Origin: a virus
DNA length: 64,000 nucleotides
Direction: 5' to 3' (one strand)
IMG/VR virus record: IMGVR_UViG_3300041964_000099
Span: 32,001-96,000 of that record
The notes beneath the pieces were generated by a model. The model saw only the letters and a list, made by a program, of their open reading frames with translations. It did not search any database and was not told the origin of the DNA. This document shows positions 45,926 to 54,096 of the stretch, in pieces; the stretch's first letter is position 1, and the number at the start of each line of letters is the position of its first letter. A program made the position numbers and the translations under genes.

Positions 45926-46477
45926 CTACCCTAGCCGTCTGCGCTTGCCCCGCTCTTGAAACTTGAGAACAAACCCTTTTCCATAAAGCTTTTGGCCTGT
46001 CCCGACCGTTCCAGCCGATTCGTTCAGTTCAATAATGCGGCCCGTGCGAACTGTATAGACTTCCCCTGTTGTTTTGTCCAGCCAGTCTTCTACCTCTGGC
46101 CGCACAAAATCGATCAGCGTCACCGGCACATGCCGCCGTCGATTCGGTGTTGTGCAGTCAAATCCAATCCGCTCAACCAGCATCAACTTGCCAAATTCAG
46201 GATCAGTCACCGTGGCGTCAAACCCCAAACGCACCAGTGGAGACGGTGCAACCTGCGTCGTCAGCGTGTCTACATAAGTGGGTGCAGCCTGCATTGTCCG
46301 CTGCGGCACATACTTTTCTTGATGCACGTTCAGCCGTAAGTAAAAATGGCCTTCAAACGTCTCAAACCAAGTCTCCGGCACTCGAAATAAAGCCGGATAT
46401 TCCGGCTTGCACCGCAGCAGTAAGCGGCGAATTGGCGTTTTAGGGTCGAGAGCAGAATCAGAGCAAATATTCGTCAT
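45926..46477 (-). CDS. Distal tail (Dit-position) protein
   Basis: ATGA coupling directly after the tape measure; assigned by synteny only. Confidence 0.5.
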   Translation of the reverse strand: MTNICSDSALDPKTPIRRLLLRCKPEYPALFRVPETWFETFEGHFYLRLNVHQEKYVPQRTMQAAPTYVDTLTTQVAPSPLVRLGFDATVTDPEFGKLMLVERIGFDCTTPNRRRHVPVTLIDFVRPEVEDWLDKTTGEVYTVRTGRIIELNESAGTVGTGQKLYGKGFVLKFQERGKRRRLG

Positions 46478-49400
46478 CGTCGGGCCTGTCGAATTTTACG
46501 AGCGAGTGCATAGCTTTGGGCGTTGTAAATTTGTTCTACCTGCTGCCCTAATCGACCGCTGGCAACATCACCAGCGGTAAAGGTGTTGTTGTTCTCGATC
46601 GTCTGCGTAAACTGCATTGTGCCCAGTGATTGCAGCATCGAATTCACACCGTTTAGGGCCTCAAGCACTTGCGGCGACTCCATTGCACCCGCCAATCTAG
46701 GGGTGCTAGCTGGCATCAAAGTGGGCATCGGTGGCAGTGCCATCGAGGGCGCTTGCGGAATCAACCCCGCTGGCAGCATCACCGGCATCTGACTGCGGCC
46801 AAACCCGCGATCGAGCATTTGGTTTGCAGCCTGGTTGCTGGTTGTGCGCAACGTTGCCATGCTGCCCAGGCCCAGCTCAGACAGCAAATCTTGCTGCAAG
46901 TCGCGATTCGCGCGGTTTCGATCGCGAGGGTTGAGCGTGCCAATCAAATTGACTTGAGCATTTAGCCGCGCAGCCTGCTGATCACTGCGCTGAGCCGCCA
47001 GCTCAAACGCCTCAAGCTGCCGCGCTGCTGCATCCTGCTGCCGTAGCGTGCCTCCTTGCTCGCGCAAAGACTGGCCCTCCATCATGCTTGCAACCACCTG
47101 GCCGCGAGCGGCCTGAATCTGCGCCGCCGTCGCTTCTGGATTGGCCTCAGTCGTGGCAAGGTCAGCGAGGGCTTTGGCCGTTGCAGACTGGTTGCGAATT
47201 TGAGCAATTCGGTTCTCAGACATCTCTCGATCGCGAGCAAGCTGCTGTTGCCGCTGGTTCAACTCGGTAATGCTGCGCTCCATCTGCTGACGGCGATCGA
47301 GGGTCTGAAGCTGAATTGTTGCGGTCAGACGCGCAATATCGCGCCGCTGAGCTTCGCTGTTGGTCGTTGAACTCAATGCACTCAGCTCAGCGTCAATCAA
47401 TCCCTGATTGGCCTGTAGAAGCGTCTTGCGAGCATCTAGAAGGCGATTTTGCTGCTCATAGCTGCGTGAAATCAAGTCAATTTGGCGCTGCTGCTGCTCT
47501 AGCGCCATAATCTTGAACTGATCTTCGTTCTGCTGCTGTAGAAGCTGATCTTCCAGCCTGGATTGCAGAGCTTCGCGTACCTGCTGCTGCCGCTGATACT
47601 CTTTCTCAGCGAGGCTCAGCGTCAGGTCATGAGTGCGCTGGCGTGAGCTGCGAATATTCCGCTGTCGATCCTCTTCAGCATCAGGGTCAGAGAAGGCAGG
47701 CATGGCTTCAAGCTCAGCCAATTTTTGCTCCTCAATTGCCAGCTCATCTTTTGCCGTTTGCGTCGCAGCCGCAAGCCGCTGCTCATTTGCCTGCCGCGAT
47801 CGAATCGCCCCACTGTTCAACCCTTCCTGAATTGCAATATTGGTCAAGGTTTCGGTTTCCTTGACCGCATCTAGCAGCTTCTGGCGAGCATCTTCAGCAA
47901 TTTTGAGCTGACGATCGTAAAAATCTTGCTGGGCCTGCACGCGCCGTTTAGCAATGTCAGCTTCTGCCGCTGCCAGCCGCTCTTGACCTTCGACATCAGT
48001 AGCCGAAATCCGAGCGCGTTCCTGCTCAACAATCGCCTGTTCCCGGTCAAGTTGAGCTTCGGTCAAAGCGAGCGATCGCTCGGCGTACTCACCTCGCGAC
48101 ATTTCACCTTGAGCCTTTTCCCCTTCTAAAATCGTCTGCTGCTCTTGAGCATCTTCACTAGCGGCCTGTCGAAGCTGATCGAAAAATTGATCTTGAGCTT
48201 TCCGGCGCTGCTGCAAAATTTCAGCCTCAGCCGCTGCCAGTTTTTCTTGGCCTTCAAGATCAGTTGCAGCAAGTTGACTGCGCTGCTGCCGTACCAGCTC
48301 CAATTCTTTATCAAGGCGAGCCGTGGTCAAGTCGATCGACGCTTGAGCATATTCTTCTTGGCTCATTTTCCCTTCGGACTGCTGAGCTTCCATAAGCTGA
48401 AGCTGCTCATCAGCATCCTGCTGAATTGCTGAGCGCTGCTCTTGAAAGAAACGATCGCGAGATTCGCGCCGCTGCTGATAAATGGCTGCCTCACGAGTTG
48501 CGAGCGCTTCCAGCCCCTCTTTATCATTCGGGTCAAGCTTTTGCCGCTGTTCTTCAATAATTGCTAGCTCCTCATCCAGTCGGGCCTGAGTGATGTCTAG
48601 CGTGGCCTGGTTGTAGGTCTCATCGTCCATCAAAGCTTGAGCGCGACGGCCCTCAAGCTGCGTCTGGGCTTCTTCAAAATCTTTCAACCGCTGCTCACGT
48701 TCTTGCTGCCGCAGCTCGGCTGCATTGGTTGCCTGTTGTGTCAGAATTTCCTGCTCGCTGTTGGCTGTGCGGCGAGTATCTTCGGCTTGAGCTGCATTCG
48801 ATGCCGCCTCAGTCTGGCTGCGATCGGCCCGTAGTGACTCAATTTGCTTCGTGAGGAGATCGCTATCAGTAGCGCTCAAATTGCCCGCATTTAGCTTCGA
48901 TTGAGCTTCACCAATTTGAGCATCAATTAGGGCTAAGGCTGACTGCAACTCTTCGGCCCGCAGGCGATCGCGCTCAGCTTTATCGGCTCGAAGCTGTTCA
49001 AGCCGCTGCTCTAATCCTTTGCCTTCGATTTCAAGAAGCTGCCGCTGCTTGGCCGCTTCACCCATCGTTTCATCTGCCGCAGCCTGCTCAATAATCGACT
49101 TTTCCCGGTCGATCGCTTCTGCATCACGCTGATTTGCTTGCTCGCGAGCGCTGGCAACGGCCTCCTGAGCTTTAATTTGAATCTCAGCAGAAACGTTGGC
49201 ATTGTTGGCAAGCTGCTGATAGCGTCGGGCTGCTTCCTCACTGCTAATTTGGCCTAGCTTGACCTGGGCCTCTGTAACTTCAAACAGTTCCTCAGCTTTC
49301 TGTGTTGCTTGCTCACTTGTGCCAACTCCTTTAGCAATAAACTCTAATGCGGCCTGGGCCTTGCCGCCAAGCTGTTCCATTGTTGTGCCCAGTCTTGGCA

Positions 49401-52400
49401 ATTCTGGAGGAGTAATTTGAGTGTTTGGAATCTCCTCAAGTTCCGATCGAATTGACTTCAAAAGCTGTAGCTGAGCGGCTAAATCTTGCTTCTGACGAGC
49501 ATTAACCGGATTCTGCTTCTCCAAATAAGCAATTTGGGCATCGACATCTTCTTTGCGCGTTTTGATAATGTCTTCGCGCAATTTAATTTGTTCGCCTAAC
49601 CGTTTCGATTCGGCAGTATTGCCCGCAGCATTCGCTTCAGCCTGCTTATTGCGTAAATTAGCTAGCTCTTGTTCTTCAGCAACCGTCTGGCTCCAGTTCG
49701 CTTGCAGCTTACTGCGATACTCGTCCGCCTGCCGCATCGTAACATCGAACGCTTTCCCTTCATCCGCCAGCCGCGATTGAGCTTCTTCTTCAACAAAAGT
49801 TGGCCCTTTGTCGCCCTGCATGGCGTTGAAAACGTTCAAGTTCTGCGAAAAGTCAGCCAGCTTCGACAGCCAGCTCGCATTTTTCTCTAAATCGTCCAGC
49901 CGCTTTTCAATGTAGGTACTGACTGAATCATTCAGAGCGGCAGCACTGTTGGCCGTTGACTTAAGCTGTGATTCTAAAGTGCTAAGTTTCTGGCTAGTTT
50001 CAGCGACCGCATCACTGTAGTTGGAGACCGCATTTTTGCTTGCTTCTGTCAGTTTGGTGTACAGCCCGATCGCCTCGGTCACAGTGGCGATCGCCGCCGT
50101 CAGCAGCAGCACAGGGCCAAACTCCAGCGCCATTGCTCCTAGTGCCTTGCCAATCCCTGCAAATGCGCTAGAAATGCCCTTCCCAGCCACAACAGATAGC
50201 GACTGCAAATTTTTCAGGTTCAGCGCTGCCAACTCGCTTGATTTGAGCAGCCCTTTTTGCGCGGTATCGGCTCGAAGAATGCTGCCGCCAAACTCCTGAA
50301 TGCTGGCCCCTGCCCCGGTTGCCTGTTTGCCAACGCGATCGAAGCCTACTTTTTCTAAGCTTTGCCCCAACTGCATAATGCTTTCGCCGGAAAGCCGCGT
50401 AACCGCACCACCAACCTGCTCAAATGTGCCTCTCAGCCGCTGCATCGGTGTGACTGCACTCGTGGCCTGCTGCTGAATTTGCATAAGCTCGCGCTTGCGA
50501 TTGGCAAGCTCTGCCCCTTGATTTTTGCGGGCGGCAAAAATGCTGTCAATTTCCTGCTGAACCGCTTTCTGCTGCTCGGCTATCTCTCGAAACTGAGCGC
50601 TGTTGCGCACCGGATCGACCTTAGACTTTTGGCCGTTGAGGTCAGCAAGTTGAGCTTTGCGATCAGCGATCGCCTGTTTGAAGTCAGCAGCTTGACTTTT
50701 CAGTTGAGCGGCAAAATTGCTGCTATCATTTTTCATCGCTGCCTGTTTGTTACCAAAAAATGAGGCAACTTCAGACGAAGTATCGCGAATTCCTTGAGAA
50801 AAATCTCGCAGTGACTTAGTAGCTTGAGCGGCCCAGCTCGTAACTGATGCAGCAGCTTTCACTGAGAAAGTTTTAATCATGTCCATCATGGCCGGGAGTA
50901 GCCCCGCTCGAATTGCTACCCCTAAGCCAAAAATCACGCCGGTGGCAACAACAAACGGGTCGGTCATGAAGTTGTAAATCATGCCGCCCAATTTCTTCAG
51001 CCCTTCCGCCACGGCCTGCAACGTTAAAAGCAACCCTTTGTTTTTAAGGATGAAATTGTCAAAAATGTAGAACGCTGCAAACACTCCAGCCGACAGCAAA
51101 CCAAATGACATAAGCTGCTGCCGCGCCATTGCTCCGGCTAATTTTGCTGCCTCTGTAAATTTGGTGTTGATGAATGTGGCATTGTCGATATTGTTGGCGT
51201 AGACCGAAACCGTGCTAGAAACCTGCTGAATCGCTGGGGCCAAATTGCGGAATGCACCCCCGGCGACATCAGACGTTGCAACGAGGTCAGCAAACCGCCC
51301 AATCAATCCCGGCACTTGTTTGGTGAGGTTGAAAAACACCTGATCAAGGCCGGGAAGCACACGGGTTAAACCTGCGAACTGAATTCCTATCCCGGCAAGT
51401 TGCGGAATCATGCCCGCAAACACGCCACCCAGCGGCCCCATCCGGCTCGCCACTAAGCCAGCCAGCGCCGGAATCGCATTCAGGTGCTTACCCAGCATCA
51501 AAAAGCCTGCGCCGCCAAAGCCAATTTGTTTGGCAAGGGTCGCAAAAGTGTTGATCAAGCCATTCGATCGACCTGTCAGGAGAAACAGCACCTCACCCAC
51601 TCCAGGCAATGCCTGAAATAGCGTTCCAAATCCTCCTGATAAGAACGTAACGGCCTTGTGCAGCACAAAGGCTTGCAGCGCAATTTTCAAGAAAGGGCCA
51701 CCCAAGGCGTAAGCTTGTGTGGCAAGTTGAGCCATCACGTTAATGGCTGGCTGCACGATCGGAATCACCGTCTTGATCGCATTGGCAAACTCAGTAATCG
51801 CGCTCGCGAGCGACTTAACTAGGTACTGAGGAACTTGACCTAGCAGTTCTGCTGTTGAGTTGTACAGCATTGCCAAGGCATCGATCGCCTGCTCTGCTGC
51901 GACAAATATCTGCCCCACCAAGTTGCCTACTGTGTCGGCAACTGCATCAAGATTCTGGTTGAGATATTGATAAAAGTCATCCAGCCGTTTTACAATCGGG
52001 TCAAGCAGCGGCTCCCCAGCTTTGCGGCCAATTTCGTCAAATACCTCCTGAATATTTGACGTAATACCTGAAACGCTTTTCGCACTTAACGCATTACCGG
52101 CCCGGAAAGCTTCAAGTCTCTTGGTCAGATTTTCAAAAATTGTGCCTTGACTTTTCCAAGTTGCAACCTGCTGGTTCGTAATCCCCAAACTCTTTGCCAG
52201 CACCGAGTTCATGTCGATCGTGCCACTCAGAATTGAGGTGATTTCCTGACGGGCCTGCCCCATATCGAGGCCAAGCGTACCCATCGCCGCAGCCGCCGAA
52301 AGAGTTAAGTCAGCGGCCTGATCGAGGTTGATGCCAATCTGCGCCGACTGTCCGGCAATAATTTGGAACGATTCAATAAGCTGGTTTGACGTGACGCCCA

Positions 52401-54096
52401 CCAGCTCTAGCGAGCCTTCCCGCAGCTTGGCAATCGAAGCATTAATCGGCCCTTCAAGTGCCTGAATTGCCTGAGTCGGATCAGCGATCGCCGATCCATC
52501 CATTCCCATGACTGAGTTTGTCGCAACCAAACTGCTCTGTGTGGCAAGCAGTTGCTCGCGCAATCGCACGTTTTGACCAATCAGCATGTCAAACGGGCCA
52601 CCGACCACAAACTGCTGAAGCGCTTGAACGCCAGAGCTGAAGAAAGCCATCTGCTGAGTGACTTCAAAAACCTTATCGGTAACGCCACCCACAGCGCCCT
52701 GAATTGACTGGAAAACAGATAGCGGTTCGTTAAAGCCAGCAATTCCACCAAAAACTTGGCTGACCGCACCGACTGGGTTTGCAAGCTGACTCGGAATCTG
52801 CTCGACAAAATCAACGGTATTGCGAATCGTTTCGTCAATTTTATTCGCTGCTGCACCAACGCCCTGTAACGATTTCTGTAAAAATCCCTGTCCAAACGCT
52901 GTGCCTAGTCGCGCCCCAAGTCGGCTCCCAATATCTCCTAATAAACCGTCTGTACCTTCATCCAGCTTGCCAAGTGACTGTAAAAGCTGTTCACGAATTG
53001 GCTTCAATGCGCCACTCTCGCCAGAAAATGCTTTTTTAATCAATGCCTGCAACGAAGCCTGAACGGGTTCTTCAAGCTGTACTAACTGGCCGCCTAAAAG
53101 CTCTTGCACCCCTGGCAGTGCGCCTTCTAGCACTTCCTTAAACGGTGACGGCACATTGCTTAAGTCAACTTGTTCAAATGCCGTTGTTAAGGCGTCATCT
53201 ACGATCGTTGAGAACTGAAAGCCTTCTGCTACATATTCGGCAATCATGCCTCCAGCTTTTTCAAAATCGCCCTGACTGCCGAGCGTAATTGCGTCAGCAT
53301 TTTCATATGCTGTTCGCAAACCATCCTCAATCTTTCCAGCAATAACAGTTTCTAGTGCATCGAAAACGTTGCCTTCTAGAAGCTGCTTTATTTCTGGCGG
53401 CAATGCTGCACCTTTCACCAAACCGCCCAGCGCTCCGCCTGTGATTTGATTCACTCCAGCCGGAAGCTGTGCCTCAATCAGGCGATCGACACCGAAATTT
53501 AATAGCGGGGAAAGTGCCTCACCAAACAAGTCTTTACCAGCCAGTCTTTTCCCAAAAACTTCCGGCAGTTGGTCAGCAAATGAATTTGTCCAGTCCTCAC
53601 CAATTCTTTTGACATCTTTGAGCAGCGTTTGAGCAATCGATCGTGAAAAGCTCTGAGTTTTTTGCTGAATTTGGGTTTGTGTGCCCATCAGCTCATTCAA
53701 AAGCTGGCCCTGGCTTTCTGTGCCCAAAGCACCCCCTAGCGCTGGCTTGATAACGCTAGAAAGTCCGCCCATCAACTCACTTAAGCTGGCGATTTTTTCA
53801 ACGGCTTCATCTGCCTGCTGGCCCAGGCTTGTAATGAGCTGCTGCGATGCAGGCATGTTTAAGATGCGCTGAAGTAGCCCGATCGCCTGGTTCAGCTCTG
53901 CCAATCTGCCGATCGCGCTGCCGCCCAAAGCCGTGAAAACGGTACTTAGCCCGATCATCTGAGTTTGCAGCAGACCCACGGATGTGCCTAACGCTGCTAC
54001 CTGAGTGCCGGTTGATTTAAAGATATCCGAGGCTCGATCGCTCGCCTGGATAACAATGTTGACGGCACTAGAGCGCTCAGTTGCAGAGATTGCCAT
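46474..54096 (-). CDS. Tail tape measure protein (2540 aa)
   Basis: N-terminal VNIVIQASDRAS; tape-measure core (LIGQNVRLREQLLATQ...ELVGVTSNQL); hydrophobic mid-region; long Q/E/A/R coiled coils. Confidence 0.88.
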   Translation of the reverse strand: MAISATERSSAVNIVIQASDRASDIFKSTGTQVAALGTSVGLLQTQMIGLSTVFTALGGSAIGRLAELNQAIGLLQRILNMPASQQLITSLGQQADEAVEKIASLSELMGGLSSVIKPALGGALGTESQGQLLNELMGTQTQIQQKTQSFSRSIAQTLLKDVKRIGEDWTNSFADQLPEVFGKRLAGKDLFGEALSPLLNFGVDRLIEAQLPAGVNQITGGALGGLVKGAALPPEIKQLLEGNVFDALETVIAGKIEDGLRTAYENADAITLGSQGDFEKAGGMIAEYVAEGFQFSTIVDDALTTAFEQVDLSNVPSPFKEVLEGALPGVQELLGGQLVQLEEPVQASLQALIKKAFSGESGALKPIREQLLQSLGKLDEGTDGLLGDIGSRLGARLGTAFGQGFLQKSLQGVGAAANKIDETIRNTVDFVEQIPSQLANPVGAVSQVFGGIAGFNEPLSVFQSIQGAVGGVTDKVFEVTQQMAFFSSGVQALQQFVVGGPFDMLIGQNVRLREQLLATQSSLVATNSVMGMDGSAIADPTQAIQALEGPINASIAKLREGSLELVGVTSNQLIESFQIIAGQSAQIGINLDQAADLTLSAAAAMGTLGLDMGQARQEITSILSGTIDMNSVLAKSLGITNQQVATWKSQGTIFENLTKRLEAFRAGNALSAKSVSGITSNIQEVFDEIGRKAGEPLLDPIVKRLDDFYQYLNQNLDAVADTVGNLVGQIFVAAEQAIDALAMLYNSTAELLGQVPQYLVKSLASAITEFANAIKTVIPIVQPAINVMAQLATQAYALGGPFLKIALQAFVLHKAVTFLSGGFGTLFQALPGVGEVLFLLTGRSNGLINTFATLAKQIGFGGAGFLMLGKHLNAIPALAGLVASRMGPLGGVFAGMIPQLAGIGIQFAGLTRVLPGLDQVFFNLTKQVPGLIGRFADLVATSDVAGGAFRNLAPAIQQVSSTVSVYANNIDNATFINTKFTEAAKLAGAMARQQLMSFGLLSAGVFAAFYIFDNFILKNKGLLLTLQAVAEGLKKLGGMIYNFMTDPFVVATGVIFGLGVAIRAGLLPAMMDMIKTFSVKAAASVTSWAAQATKSLRDFSQGIRDTSSEVASFFGNKQAAMKNDSSNFAAQLKSQAADFKQAIADRKAQLADLNGQKSKVDPVRNSAQFREIAEQQKAVQQEIDSIFAARKNQGAELANRKRELMQIQQQATSAVTPMQRLRGTFEQVGGAVTRLSGESIMQLGQSLEKVGFDRVGKQATGAGASIQEFGGSILRADTAQKGLLKSSELAALNLKNLQSLSVVAGKGISSAFAGIGKALGAMALEFGPVLLLTAAIATVTEAIGLYTKLTEASKNAVSNYSDAVAETSQKLSTLESQLKSTANSAAALNDSVSTYIEKRLDDLEKNASWLSKLADFSQNLNVFNAMQGDKGPTFVEEEAQSRLADEGKAFDVTMRQADEYRSKLQANWSQTVAEEQELANLRNKQAEANAAGNTAESKRLGEQIKLREDIIKTRKEDVDAQIAYLEKQNPVNARQKQDLAAQLQLLKSIRSELEEIPNTQITPPELPRLGTTMEQLGGKAQAALEFIAKGVGTSEQATQKAEELFEVTEAQVKLGQISSEEAARRYQQLANNANVSAEIQIKAQEAVASAREQANQRDAEAIDREKSIIEQAAADETMGEAAKQRQLLEIEGKGLEQRLEQLRADKAERDRLRAEELQSALALIDAQIGEAQSKLNAGNLSATDSDLLTKQIESLRADRSQTEAASNAAQAEDTRRTANSEQEILTQQATNAAELRQQEREQRLKDFEEAQTQLEGRRAQALMDDETYNQATLDITQARLDEELAIIEEQRQKLDPNDKEGLEALATREAAIYQQRRESRDRFFQEQRSAIQQDADEQLQLMEAQQSEGKMSQEEYAQASIDLTTARLDKELELVRQQRSQLAATDLEGQEKLAAAEAEILQQRRKAQDQFFDQLRQAASEDAQEQQTILEGEKAQGEMSRGEYAERSLALTEAQLDREQAIVEQERARISATDVEGQERLAAAEADIAKRRVQAQQDFYDRQLKIAEDARQKLLDAVKETETLTNIAIQEGLNSGAIRSRQANEQRLAAATQTAKDELAIEEQKLAELEAMPAFSDPDAEEDRQRNIRSSRQRTHDLTLSLAEKEYQRQQQVREALQSRLEDQLLQQQNEDQFKIMALEQQQRQIDLISRSYEQQNRLLDARKTLLQANQGLIDAELSALSSTTNSEAQRRDIARLTATIQLQTLDRRQQMERSITELNQRQQQLARDREMSENRIAQIRNQSATAKALADLATTEANPEATAAQIQAARGQVVASMMEGQSLREQGGTLRQQDAAARQLEAFELAAQRSDQQAARLNAQVNLIGTLNPRDRNRANRDLQQDLLSELGLGSMATLRTTSNQAANQMLDRGFGRSQMPVMLPAGLIPQAPSMALPPMPTLMPASTPRLAGAMESPQVLEALNGVNSMLQSLGTMQFTQTIENNNTFTAGDVASGRLGQQVEQIYNAQSYALARKIRQARR